Positions 53,055-62,209 of a stretch of 64,000 nt of DNA are shown here, in pieces. The stretch comes from an uncultured delta proteobacterium (GTDB taxonomy: Bacteria > Desulfobacterota > Binatia > UBA9968). Made by a program: the position numbers and the translations under genes. Below the pieces are notes generated by a model, which saw nothing but the letters and a program-made list of their open reading frames with translations, did not search any database and was not told the DNA's origin. The DNA lies in contig CAVSHR010000008.1 in assembly GCA_963727625.1 (NCBI GenBank), forward strand, positions 192,001 to 256,000, given 5' to 3'. How positions within the stretch are numbered: the stretch's first letter is position 1; the number at the start of each line of letters is the position of its first letter.

Positions 53055-53245
53055 CTATTTGGCTAACAATCGTACGAGTCTCTTCTCGGTCGGCTCGTCC
53101 TGATGCGTGTCGTTCCATGCCTAGAGACGGCTGATCATGGATGCATCGCGATGCATCCGCCGCCCTAGTTCCTTCGTCGTTAGTCGATACCGTTGCCGTG
53201 CCAGGTGCACCAGCTGCGCTCTCACGGCCACCCAACGACGCTGTC
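53055..53245 (-). pseudogene. Transposase copy 5, diverged 3' fragment with internal stop
   Basis: QRRWVAVRAQLVHLARQ...MISRL*AW...RLLAK*. Confidence 0.88.
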
Positions 53246-53339
53246 CGATTAGTGGTTGAAGAGAGCGTGGCACAATTTCGCCATGATGGTACATAACTGC
53301 TCCCTCCGTTGGGTCCGGAATGGCTCCGAAGTCATTTAT
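53246..53339 (-). pseudogene. Second SleB-like toxin-tip fragment
   Basis: INDFGAIPDPTEGAVMYHHGEIVPRSLQPLI, homologous to 43577-43718; shares CCATGATGGTACAT. Confidence 0.6.
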
Positions 53340-53966
53340 TCATCGTGTGACTTTGTTTTTTCCAACAATCCGTTGCAATTCTTCCCGCCTGACATCGCCT
53401 TCACGAATGATCCGAACCCGATCTCCGCAGATTTCCGCGACGGTGGAACCGGTCCGCGAAGTCAATTCACCGCCGGCAACGAAAATTTCGATCTTTCCTG
53501 AAAAATAATTTCTTGCTTGTTCCACGGTCCGCGCGGCGGGTTGTCCGGAGGGATTGGCACTGGTCGCGGTTATTGGCCGGCCGAGTGTTTTGACCAACTC
53601 GGCCGCGATCGGTTGGCTGGAAATGCGCACGCCGATGTTACCGGCGGAATTGAGCAACGGCTTCGGCAAATCGTCGCGCGCGGGTAAAACCAATGTCAGG
53701 GGACCGGGCCAGAACTCGGCGATCAATCGTTCGGCAAGCGGAGAAACTTCTGTCACCAAAGTGTCGAGCATGGCGCGGTCGGCGACAAGCACGGGAATCG
53801 GATTGGCGATATCGCGGCCTTTGAGTTGAAAAACTTTTTCCACCGCCGTGTTGTCGAGCGCATCCGCGCCCAAGCCGTAGAGCGTTTCGGTTGGAAACGC
53901 GATGACCTCGCCGCTTTTGAGCGCGGCTAGAGCGGCGGCAAAAACCTCAGCTTTTGTTTCGCTCAC
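53340..53966 (-). CDS. tsaC: L-threonylcarbamoyladenylate synthase (TsaC/Sua5)
   Basis: AFPTETLYGLG, KGR, FWPGPLTLV, TSANPSG. Confidence 0.93.
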   Translation of the reverse strand: MSETKAEVFAAALAALKSGEVIAFPTETLYGLGADALDNTAVEKVFQLKGRDIANPIPVLVADRAMLDTLVTEVSPLAERLIAEFWPGPLTLVLPARDDLPKPLLNSAGNIGVRISSQPIAAELVKTLGRPITATSANPSGQPAARTVEQARNYFSGKIEIFVAGGELTSRTGSTVAEICGDRVRIIREGDVRREELQRIVGKNKVTR

Positions 53967-54462
53967 TTTGAAGCTTGCGGTCCCGCTCTTCGACACCCGC
54001 CGCCATCTCCTTCTTGGACTGGATCAATTTGGCTGCGACCGCTTTGTCGGTGCGCGCGACGATCTGCGCAGCGAAGATGCCGGCATTGGCGGCGCCGGCC
54101 TTGCCGATCGCCATGGTCGCCACCGGGATGCCCGCGGGCATCTGCACGGTGGCCAGCAGAGCATCCAAGCCTTTGAGACTCGATGAATCGATCGGAATGC
54201 CGATCACGGGCAGGGTGGTGTTGGCGGCGATGGCGCCGGCCAAGTGAGCTGCCGCGCCGGCGCCGCAGATGATCGCGTGCAAACCTCGTTGCTCGGCGCT
54301 AGCGGCATATTGCGCCGCCCGCTCCGGAGTGCGGTGCGCCGACATAATGTGGGTTTCGTAAGCGATACCGAATGATTCGAGGCGTTTTTCCGCCTCACGC
54401 ATGACTTCGAGATCCGAGTCGCTGCCCATGAGAATGCCGACCTTCGGATGTGTGTTTGCCAC
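53947..54462 (-). CDS. purE: N5-CAIR mutase
   Basis: MGSDSD, SAHRTP, GAAAHLAG, VQMPAGIPVAT. Confidence 0.97.
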   Translation of the reverse strand: MANTHPKVGILMGSDSDLEVMREAEKRLESFGIAYETHIMSAHRTPERAAQYAASAEQRGLHAIICGAGAAAHLAGAIAANTTLPVIGIPIDSSSLKGLDALLATVQMPAGIPVATMAIGKAGAANAGIFAAQIVARTDKAVAAKLIQSKKEMAAGVEERDRKLQSERNKS

Positions 54463-54517
54463 AATGAATTCCTCCTGGGCGATCAGTCTAGAGTTTTGCG
54501 TCTCAAAACACGAGACT

Positions 54518-55804
54518 CTAGACTTTAGACTCTAAACTTTTTAACGCCCTTTGGGCGATGTCTTTACGGTAGTGCATGCCGTCCCAGGAAATTTTATCAA
54601 CCGCGCGATACGCTTCATTCATCGCAGCGGCGATCGTGTCCCCACGCGCGGTCACGCCGAGAACGCGCCCTCCCGAGGTCAGCCAACGGCTGTCCTGCTT
54701 CGTCGTGCCGGCGTGGAAGACAGAACCGTTTTGCCAATTAGTAAGTTTATCCAGGCCGTGTATCTCTTTGCCCTTGTCGTACGCGTTGGGATAACCCGCA
54801 GCGCTCAAGACCACGCAAACGGCCGGTTGTTCGAACCATTCGGCTTCTATCCGATCCAGTTTTCCGTCAATGGTCGCTTCCAATAACGGAATCAGATCGC
54901 TCTTGAGCCGCATCATGATCGGCTGGCATTCGGGATCGCCGAAGCGAGCATTGAACTCCAAAACTTTGGGCCCCTCGCCGGTGATCATGAGTCCGACATA
55001 GATCACGCCGCGATAACGAATGCCGGCTTTCTTTAATCCCGCAAGCAGCGGCTCAAGGATATCCCGCTGAATTCGGTCGTGAATCTCGGCGGTGACCACC
55101 GGAGCGGGAGAGTATGCGCCCATGCCGCCGGTATTGGGTCCTTGATCGTCGTCGAACACGCGCTTGTGATCCTGGGTCGATGCCAGCGGCAAAACATGCT
55201 CGCCGTCCGTCAAGGCCATGAACGAGGCTTCTTCACCGTCCAAGAACTCTTCGATGACGAGCTTGTCGCCGGCTGCTCCGAACGCTTTGCGCACGAGAAT
55301 CTCTTCGATGGCGACTTCCGCCTCCTGGCGGTTCGGGCAGATCAACACCCCTTTGCCGGCGGCCAGCCCATCGGCTTTGATTACGTAGGGTGGCTTTTGT
55401 TGGGCAAGGTACGCCCGGGCCGAGACGGCATCCGTAAAAGTTCCAAAAGATGCAGTCGGAATTCTGTTTGCGTGGAGGATCTCTTTGGCAAAGGCTTTAC
55501 TGCCTTCCAACTGCGCTGCCGCTTTATTGGGCGCGAATATGCGCAAGCCCCGCGCTTCGAAGAGGTCGGCAATGCCAAGCGTGAGCGGCAGCTCCGGGCC
55601 GACGACGGTGATATCGATATTTTGCTTAGCCGCAAAGTCGGCCAGCTGTTCGATTTGCTCGACGCCGATGGCGACCAGCTCGGCGAGCTCGCCGATGCCG
55701 GCGCTGCCCGGCGCGCAGTAGATTTTCGCGACGCGCGGGCTTTGGCTGATTTTCCAAACCAGAGCGTGCTCGCGGCCGCCGCTGCCGATGACCAGGACTT
55801 TCAT
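54518..55804 (-). CDS. purD: Phosphoribosylamine-glycine ligase
   Basis: GSGGREHAL, KADGLAAGKGV, GPNTGGMGAY, EFNARFGDPE. Confidence 0.97.
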   Translation of the reverse strand: MKVLVIGSGGREHALVWKISQSPRVAKIYCAPGSAGIGELAELVAIGVEQIEQLADFAAKQNIDITVVGPELPLTLGIADLFEARGLRIFAPNKAAAQLEGSKAFAKEILHANRIPTASFGTFTDAVSARAYLAQQKPPYVIKADGLAAGKGVLICPNRQEAEVAIEEILVRKAFGAAGDKLVIEEFLDGEEASFMALTDGEHVLPLASTQDHKRVFDDDQGPNTGGMGAYSPAPVVTAEIHDRIQRDILEPLLAGLKKAGIRYRGVIYVGLMITGEGPKVLEFNARFGDPECQPIMMRLKSDLIPLLEATIDGKLDRIEAEWFEQPAVCVVLSAAGYPNAYDKGKEIHGLDKLTNWQNGSVFHAGTTKQDSRWLTSGGRVLGVTARGDTIAAAMNEAYRAVDKISWDGMHYRKDIAQRALKSLESKV

Positions 55805-55891
55805 AAAATGGGTTAGAGCAGTCAGTTTTCGGCGGATAGCTGCCGGCAAAAGATTACGCGCCGCGTTTAGGCCTGATCCCGGGCAACGGCT

Positions 55892-57466
55892 CTAATGCCG
55901 AAAGTGTCTCATGCCGGTGAAGATCATGGCGATGCCATGTTCGTTCGCCGCCGCGATAACTTCTTCGTCTTTGATCGAGCCACCAGGTTGAATCACCGAC
56001 TTGGCGCCGGCGTTGGCCGCTTCGTCCAGGCCGTCGCGGAAGGGATAGAAAGCGTCCGATGCCACAGCCGAGCCTTTCAAGTCCAAGCCGTGGGTGGCGG
56101 CGCGCATCACCGCGATCTTGGTCGAATCGATGCGGCTCATCTGGCCGGCGCCGACGCCGAGAACTTGGTCCGGTGAGGCGAAAACGATGGTGTTCGATTT
56201 CACATGGCGGCAGACGCGCCAGGCGAAATCGAGGGCCTGATATTCTGCGTCCGTCGGCTTCCTTTCGGTCACCACCTTGCACGCGCGCACATCGACCTTG
56301 CCCATGTCCCAGTCTTGGATCAGCATGCCGCCGCGCACCCGGCGCAGGTCATAGCCGCCGCCCTGGGGCTCGCCCATGTCGAGTTCGAGCAAGCGGATGT
56401 TCAATAACCGCTTGGCTGACGACAGCACCGCCTTGGCTTCCGGCGTGAAGTTTGGCGCGATGACGATTTCTAAAAAGATGTCTTTGAGCTCTTTGGCGGT
56501 TTCTTCGTCCACCGGGCGGTTCAACGCAATCACGCCGCCGAAAATCGATACCGGGTCGCCGGCTTTGGCTTTGCGAAACGAGTCTGCCAAAGATGTTTTT
56601 GACAGCGCGACGCCGCAAGGATTGCTGTGCTTGATCGCGACGGTGGCGATGTCAGAAAATTCCAACACCGTGCTGAGTGCCGCGTCGGCGTCGAGAATAT
56701 TGTTGAAGGAAAGCTCCTTGCCCTGAAACTGCCGCGCGTGCGCGATGGACGGCCCGGTGTCACCGCTGGTGCCGTAAAAAGCTGCGCTCTGGTGCGGATT
56801 CTCGCCGTAGCGCATATCTTGAATCTTCGCCACTTGAATATTGACCGTCTGCCCCCAGCGCTGCGGTTTTTTATTCTCGTCGAGGGAGGAAAAATAATTG
56901 GAAATTGCGCCGTCGTAGCGCGCGGTGTGCTGAAAAGCTTTGCAGAAGAGACGGAAGTGGGTGGCCGGCGACAGCGAGCGGCCGTCTCCGCGCAATTCAG
57001 TCAAGATCGGCTCATAGTCTTCGGGATCGACCACCACGCCGACCTCTTGATGATTCTTCGCCGCGGCGCGCACCATGCTCGGCCCGCCGATGTCGATGTT
57101 CTCGACGATCTCCTCAAAGGCGGCGCCACGCGCCACCGTTGCCTCAAACGGATAAAGATTTACAACCACGAGATCTATAGGTACGATCCCATGCTCTTTC
57201 ATCTTGGCGACATGTTCCGGATTGTTTCGGAGAGCGAGAATGCCGCCGTGAATTTTCGGATGGAGAGTCTTGACCCTGCCATCCATCATTTCCGGAAAGC
57301 CGGTAAGCTCGGCTACGTCCTTGACGGGTATTTTGTTTTCGCGCAGCAAAGCCGCGGTACCGCCGGTGGAGATGAGCTCGATGCCCAGTTGCGCCAAGGC
57401 ACGAGAAAACTCAACGACGCCTTGCTTGTCGGAAACGCTGATGAGGGCCCTTTCGATCCTGGCCAC
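55892..57466 (-). CDS. purH: Bifunctional AICAR transformylase / IMP cyclohydrolase
   Basis: [33 protein letters not shown]. Confidence 0.98.
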   Translation of the reverse strand: MARIERALISVSDKQGVVEFSRALAQLGIELISTGGTAALLRENKIPVKDVAELTGFPEMMDGRVKTLHPKIHGGILALRNNPEHVAKMKEHGIVPIDLVVVNLYPFEATVARGAAFEEIVENIDIGGPSMVRAAAKNHQEVGVVVDPEDYEPILTELRGDGRSLSPATHFRLFCKAFQHTARYDGAISNYFSSLDENKKPQRWGQTVNIQVAKIQDMRYGENPHQSAAFYGTSGDTGPSIAHARQFQGKELSFNNILDADAALSTVLEFSDIATVAIKHSNPCGVALSKTSLADSFRKAKAGDPVSIFGGVIALNRPVDEETAKELKDIFLEIVIAPNFTPEAKAVLSSAKRLLNIRLLELDMGEPQGGGYDLRRVRGGMLIQDWDMGKVDVRACKVVTERKPTDAEYQALDFAWRVCRHVKSNTIVFASPDQVLGVGAGQMSRIDSTKIAVMRAATHGLDLKGSAVASDAFYPFRDGLDEAANAGAKSVIQPGGSIKDEEVIAAANEHGIAMIFTGMRHFRH

Positions 57467-57480
57467 TTTTGGTAATCCTC

Positions 57481-58614
57481 CTAAAGATTGATGTGAATTC
57501 GGGGAACGCGCGCGCTGACGGAGGTGAGCATCTCGTACGAGATTGTGTCGGCCCAGGCGGCCATCTCATCGGCGGAAATTTCCCCGGCGCCTTGCCGTCC
57601 GAGGAGAACAACCTCATCTCCCTGCCTGACATTTTTAATATCGGTAACATCGATCAGAGTCAAATCCATGCACACTCTGCCAACCACCGGCGCGCGGCAC
57701 GTGCGAACCAGCACCTCGCCGCGGTTCGATAACAGTCGTTGATAACCGTCTGCGTAACCGACAGGCAGCGTGGCGATGAGACTCTGACGCTGGGTGACGA
57801 AGGTTTGCCCATAGCTGATGCTGGTTCCCGCGGGCACTTTTTTGAGCTGTAGGATCTTAGTTTTCCAGGAGAGGGCCGGTTTCAGCGTGATTTGGTCCGC
57901 CATGGAGGGCGAAGGGTAGACACCATAAAGCATGATGCCCGGCCTGACCATGTCGAAGTACGCCGCCGGCAAGGTGATCGTCGCCGCGCTATTGGCGAAA
58001 TGAACCAACGGCGGTGCCACGCCCGCCGAACGCAGCCGCGCAATCACGCGATTAAATATTTCCAGTTGTTTCCTCGTGTATTCGCCCTCGACGTTTTCCG
58101 CGTGGGAAAAGTGCGAAAACACGCCGGCGATTCTGAGCGCCGTAAGCTTTTTGATTTCCGGAAGCCAATCCTCCGTTTCGGCGGCAACCAGTCCTAACCG
58201 GCCCATGCCGGTGTCGACCTTAAGGTGTACGTCAAGCGTCGCCCCGCGGCGCAGGACCACCGCTTCGAGCTGCTTCAATTGGCGGAGCTCATGGGCGACC
58301 GGGATCAATGCGTAGGCGAAAAACTGTTCGAGTTGATCTTCATAGGCGCCGGCGAGAACGAGAATCGGCTCGCGGATTTCCGCTTGGCGCAGCTCAATGC
58401 CTTCTTCAAGCGTCGCTACGCCGAAGGCGTCACCGCCCGTGGCGGAGAGAGTCTGCGCGATCGCCGCAGCGCCATGGCCGTAGGCGTTTGCCTTCACCAT
58501 GGAAAGAATTTTGACGTTGGCGCCGACCTTGGCCCGGATCTGACGCAGATTCCAACGCAGCGCGTCGTGATCGATGAAGCAAACCGTCGGGCGTCCTGGA
58601 GGGAAATCCGCCAT
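57481..58614 (-). CDS. alr: Alanine racemase
   Basis: VKANAYGHG, KVDTGMGRLG, GYADG, GRVCMD. Confidence 0.96.
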   Translation of the reverse strand: MADFPPGRPTVCFIDHDALRWNLRQIRAKVGANVKILSMVKANAYGHGAAAIAQTLSATGGDAFGVATLEEGIELRQAEIREPILVLAGAYEDQLEQFFAYALIPVAHELRQLKQLEAVVLRRGATLDVHLKVDTGMGRLGLVAAETEDWLPEIKKLTALRIAGVFSHFSHAENVEGEYTRKQLEIFNRVIARLRSAGVAPPLVHFANSAATITLPAAYFDMVRPGIMLYGVYPSPSMADQITLKPALSWKTKILQLKKVPAGTSISYGQTFVTQRQSLIATLPVGYADGYQRLLSNRGEVLVRTCRAPVVGRVCMDLTLIDVTDIKNVRQGDEVVLLGRQGAGEISADEMAAWADTISYEMLTSVSARVPRIHINL

Positions 58615-58643
58615 GTAAATTTAACGTTTGCTAGCCGTAACGC

Positions 58644-58964
58644 TCATGAGACTTTTGAGCCCGGCGTTACGGATGTCGCCGGCGTTAGAACGATCACTCG
58701 CCCCTCGTCGGAGGCGGCCAATAGCATCCCTTGACTCTCCAAGCCGCGGAGCTTGGCGGTTTCCAAGTTTGCTACCACGACAACTTGTTTGCCTACCAAA
58801 TCTTCCGGCGCGTATTGATTTCTGATGCCGGCGCAGATCTGGCGCTGTTCGGAACCGAGGTCGACTTGCAGAACCATCAGGCGGTCGGCGTTGGGGTGAG
58901 GCTCGGCGGCTTTCACCGTGGCGATCTTGAGTTCGACTTTACGGAAATCTTCGATGGAGATCAT
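58644..58964 (-). CDS. Stand-alone tRNA-binding protein (MetG C-terminal / Trbp111 / CsaA-like)
   Basis: ISIEDFRKVELK, HPNADRL, GLESQGMLLAA. Confidence 0.88.
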   Translation of the reverse strand: MISIEDFRKVELKIATVKAAEPHPNADRLMVLQVDLGSEQRQICAGIRNQYAPEDLVGKQVVVVANLETAKLRGLESQGMLLAASDEGRVIVLTPATSVTPGSKVS

Positions 58965-59071
58965 AAATTTCCTTGTCTTAGCAGGAGCTTTAGCTAGAAA
59001 CGAAAATAACAGAAGCCTCGGAGCAAAAAAAGCTAGCGGCCCGGCTTGACTCGGCTGGGGCTTTTAATTAG

Positions 59072-59086
59072 TAGTAATTATTACTA
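59072..59086. promoter_or_regulatory. PerR/Fur-type 7-1-7 operator overlapping the rubrerythrin promoter
   Basis: Perfect palindrome TAGTAAT-T-ATTACTA downstream of TTGACT (59046-59051); a Fur/PerR gene lies in the same cluster. Confidence 0.75.
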
Positions 59087-59102
59087 ATAAGAAGGAGGTT
59101 TT

Positions 59103-59528
59103 ATGGCGAAAAGTATTGCTAACACGAAGAGTCACGAGAACCTGAAAAACGCCTTCGCGGGCGAGTCTCAGGCCAACCGGCGTTACCTTTATTTTGCACG
59201 GGTTGCGGACATCGAAGGTTATCCGGATGTCGGCGGTTTATTCCGCGACACCTCGGAAGCTGAAACCGGACATGCCTTTGGTCACTTGGATTTTCTCAAG
59301 GAAGTCGGTGATCCCTGCACCGGCGTGCCGATCGGCACGACCTCGAAAAATCTCAAGTCGGCGGTCGAAGGCGAAACCTACGAATACACCGAAATGTATC
59401 CCGGATTTGCTAAGACCGCGCGCGACGAGGGTCTTTCGGAATTGGCTGAATGGTTTGAGACCTTGGCCAAGGCGGAGAAATCGCACGCCGGCAGATTTAC
59501 CAAAGGGCTCGATACTCTCGGCAGCTGA
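59103..59528 (+). CDS. rbr: Rubrerythrin (short form without rubredoxin domain)
   Basis: [33 protein letters not shown]. Confidence 0.93.
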   Translation: MAKSIANTKSHENLKNAFAGESQANRRYLYFARVADIEGYPDVGGLFRDTSEAETGHAFGHLDFLKEVGDPCTGVPIGTTSKNLKSAVEGETYEYTEMYPGFAKTARDEGLSELAEWFETLAKAEKSHAGRFTKGLDTLGS

Positions 59529-59550
59529 TTGTCGGTTGAAACAAACTCAA

Positions 59551-59590
59551 GTCGGCGGATAGGGGGATTCGCTTCGTTCTATCCGCCGGC
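59551..59590. terminator. Intergenic stem-loop after rbr
   Basis: GTCGGCGGATAG...CTATCCGCCGGC (11/12 paired). Confidence 0.5.
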
Positions 59591-59697
59591 CTTGAGGATT
59601 TAACATCGTACGGCGACCTCGGGTCTGGTTCTCCGCCTGGATCTGCAAAACGCGCGACGTTCTCGATGTGAGGGGACTCCGGCGATTAAAGGTAAGA

Positions 59698-60273
59698 ATG
59701 AAAAAAGTTATTCTCGACGATATCCTCGGCTTTACGGCTTACGAAAAAATTCGCCAGCAGTTTCGCGACGAGATTATCGAAAAAAAGAAGATGCGGCGGG
59801 TTTCGGTAGGAGACAATGTCTCAATCGTTTTCGAGAACCGCGATACCGTGATCTTCCAGATTCAAGAAATGCTTCGGGCCGAGCGGATCGCTGATCTTGA
59901 CAAGATCCGCGAGGAGATTGCGGTTTACAATGAGCTCATTCCTAGTCCTGGTGAGCTCAGCGCCACGTTGTTTTTGGAGATCGAAGACCAGTCTCATCTG
60001 CGCGAGGATCTGTTAAAATTTCTCGGCATTGATGAAGCTGTTTCCCTCAAAGTCGGCAACCATGTTGTTCCCGGACGTTTCGAGGAAGGGCGCAGCAAAG
60101 ATGACAAGATCAGCGCGGTGCAATATGTGAAGTTTCCGTTTGACGCCGCGGCCCGGCAGGCGTTCCTGGGTGGAGCAAAGGTCGAGTTGGTGATCAACCA
60201 TCTCAACTACCAGGCCACGACGGTGCTGCGCCCCGAAGCGCAGAAATCACTGGCACAAGATTTGGTGGATTGA
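59698..60273 (+). CDS. DUF3501 family protein
   Basis: FENRDTVIFQIQEMLRAE, YNELIP..GELSATL, SAVQY; known rubrerythrin neighbour. Confidence 0.85.
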   Translation: MKKVILDDILGFTAYEKIRQQFRDEIIEKKKMRRVSVGDNVSIVFENRDTVIFQIQEMLRAERIADLDKIREEIAVYNELIPSPGELSATLFLEIEDQSHLREDLLKFLGIDEAVSLKVGNHVVPGRFEEGRSKDDKISAVQYVKFPFDAAARQAFLGGAKVELVINHLNYQATTVLRPEAQKSLAQDLVD

Positions 60274-60275
60274 GT

Positions 60276-60668
60276 ATGGCAAAGGCCCGAAAACAGCCCC
60301 GCAGTACCAAGCAACTGCAAATAATTTGGGATGTGATTAAAGACGACAAGTCGCATCCAACGGCTGATCAAATTTACGATCGGGTGCGCAAGAAATTGCC
60401 TAATATCAGTCTCGGAACGGTTTACCGTAACCTGCAGAAACTGGTTTCCAATCAGCAACTCCAGGTGCTGATGCGCGGGCGATCGCAACATTTCGACCCG
60501 CTGGTGGAACGGCATCAGCATTTTATTTGTGAGCTTTGCGATCGGGTTTACGACGTCCTGCTCGACAATCACCGGGAGATCGAGCCGGTAAAGCTTCCCC
60601 ACGAGGGATTTAAAGTGACCTCCCATCAACTCGCCTTTTACGGCACCTGTAAACACTGCTTGTCGTAG
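60276..60668 (+). CDS. Fur-family regulator (PerR-like)
   Basis: HPTADQIY, SLGTVYRNL, HQHFICELC, C-terminal CxxC. Confidence 0.9.
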   Translation: MAKARKQPRSTKQLQIIWDVIKDDKSHPTADQIYDRVRKKLPNISLGTVYRNLQKLVSNQQLQVLMRGRSQHFDPLVERHQHFICELCDRVYDVLLDNHREIEPVKLPHEGFKVTSHQLAFYGTCKHCLS

Positions 60669-60739
60669 CTGCTGCGCTTCAAGTGTTCTTGTAATCCACC
60701 CGGCCGAGCGCTAGACTTTCGCCTGTTTCGGTGGTGGTC

Positions 60740-61300
60740 ATGGCCGAAGTAAAGCTTCCAGTCGATTCGCAGAGACGGTTGATCGAAATCGCCCGGCAAA
60801 CTCTCGAACATGTCGTGGGCCGCCGCCCTCTCGACTACACTCGTCCCGCCGATCCCTTCCTCGACCGCGCCAGTTACGGCGCTTTCGTGACTCTCTTTAA
60901 TCAAGACAAGCTGCGCGGCTGTATTGGCACCTGTACGCCATCCGAGCCGTTGGGCGAGATGGTGGCGCATATGACTGAAGCTGCTGCGACACGCGACCGT
61001 CGCATGAAACCCGTATGCGGCGCCGAGCTCGAACAGATTTGCATCGACATCTCCGTACTGTCGCCTTTGGAACGAAGCGAAAATCCGCTTTCCCTGGAAG
61101 TCGGTAAACACGGACTCCACATCGCGCGAGATCGCAAACGCGGTGTGTTGCTGCCCCAGGTGGCAACCGAATACGGCTGGGACATGGTGACCTTTTTAGA
61201 GCAGACTTGTCTGAAGGCGAATCTTCCCAAGGACGCGTGGCGGCGCCGGAAAACATCGGTGTCCAGCTTTACGGCGTTGGTCATCGAGGAGGAAAAATGA
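60740..61300 (+). CDS. AmmeMemoRadiSam system protein A (AMMECR1 domain)
   Basis: GAFVTL, LRGCIG, ISVLSP, GVLLPQVA, CLKA. Confidence 0.9.
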   Translation: MAEVKLPVDSQRRLIEIARQTLEHVVGRRPLDYTRPADPFLDRASYGAFVTLFNQDKLRGCIGTCTPSEPLGEMVAHMTEAAATRDRRMKPVCGAELEQICIDISVLSPLERSENPLSLEVGKHGLHIARDRKRGVLLPQVATEYGWDMVTFLEQTCLKANLPKDAWRRRKTSVSSFTALVIEEEK

Positions 61301-62118
61301 ACCGGCGTGGCTTTCTCGGCTTGGTCGGCGCAGCGCTATTCTTGCCGCTCCGAGGCATCGCCGACGCCATCTGTAATCCTTCCTTGGTGCATTTGTTTCA
61401 TCACGGGCGCCAGCTCGTCCAAGCGCGCGGCAAAGGAATCATGTCGCCGTCTCTGGGCTCCTACTTTCTGCAATGGTACGGCCATTCGAGTTTTTTAATC
61501 CAGTCCGGCAGTCGGACCAAGGTGGTCGCCGATCCGAATTTCAACGTGACGCCGGGTATTCAAGCGGATGCCGTGACGGTCAGCAACGACCACTTTACGC
61601 ATAACAACACGGGGGCGGTGACCGGCAATCCGGTAATACTCCGCGGCATCACGTTTAAACAGACTTGGAACCCGATCCGCACCGCCATCAAAGACATCAC
61701 GATCGTCAATATCCCGAGCCAACGCAGCCAGAGCTGGGGTGCCATTGCCAATTCCATTTTCGTGTATGAGATGGGCAGTTTATGCCTGGCGCATCTGGGG
61801 AATATCGGCCATCTGTTAACACCGAAGCAGGTCAAAGTGCTGCAGCATGTCGACGTGATGATGATTCCCATCGATGCCAGGACCAACCTCGGTTTCGATG
61901 ACATTATGAAGGTGATCGACCAGGTCAAGCCGCCGATCGTGATCCCGATGCATTACGACGTCACCCGTCAAGCCGAGCTCTTTGCGGCGTTTGCCAAAGA
62001 GCATTTTCCGGTCAAGCGCATCGCGCAGTCACAATTACTCTTAAACCGCACGATGTTGCCGAAATCCACCGAAGTCTTGGTCCTTGCCCATCCGCATCCG
62101 GTATCCTTCGGCGACTGA
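61297..62118 (+). CDS. Tat-exported metallo-beta-lactamase-fold protein (Lactamase_B_3-like)
   Basis: MNRRGFL twin-arginine signal; WYGHSSFLI, ADP, HLGNIGH, IPMHY. Confidence 0.8.
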   Translation: MNRRGFLGLVGAALFLPLRGIADAICNPSLVHLFHHGRQLVQARGKGIMSPSLGSYFLQWYGHSSFLIQSGSRTKVVADPNFNVTPGIQADAVTVSNDHFTHNNTGAVTGNPVILRGITFKQTWNPIRTAIKDITIVNIPSQRSQSWGAIANSIFVYEMGSLCLAHLGNIGHLLTPKQVKVLQHVDVMMIPIDARTNLGFDDIMKVIDQVKPPIVIPMHYDVTRQAELFAAFAKEHFPVKRIAQSQLLLNRTMLPKSTEVLVLAHPHPVSFGD

Positions 62119-62209
62119 AGGTGCAATTCAGCTTGATAGGCTTCGGTTGATGTTTGTTCGCATTCCCATATAATGACACGGATAAAGCCGTGGCGACCGA
62201 AGGTGTACC

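Larger units (their letters stand above)
42544..53339 (-). mobile_element. Island of HUH (RAYT-like) transposase elements alternating with orphan Rhs/toxin-immunity cassettes
   Basis: Repeated transposase copies with conserved inverted-repeat ends, AT-richer cassettes and uniform minus orientation; bounded by the tsaC stop and the lipoprotein gene. Confidence 0.85.

Noticed and set aside
43722-53060. CRISPR array suggested by the recurring 31-bp motif
   Set aside because: Spacing is kilobases and irregular, copies occur in both orientations, and there are no cas genes.
42544-53339. Classical integron or IS605/TnpB system
   Set aside because: No tyrosine integrase, no convincing attC (RYYYAAC...GTTRRRY) pairs and no TnpB/IscB ORF.
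54487-54540. CT(C/T)TAGA heptamer repeats at the purD end
   Set aside because: Only about 3 degenerate units, too short to support a function.
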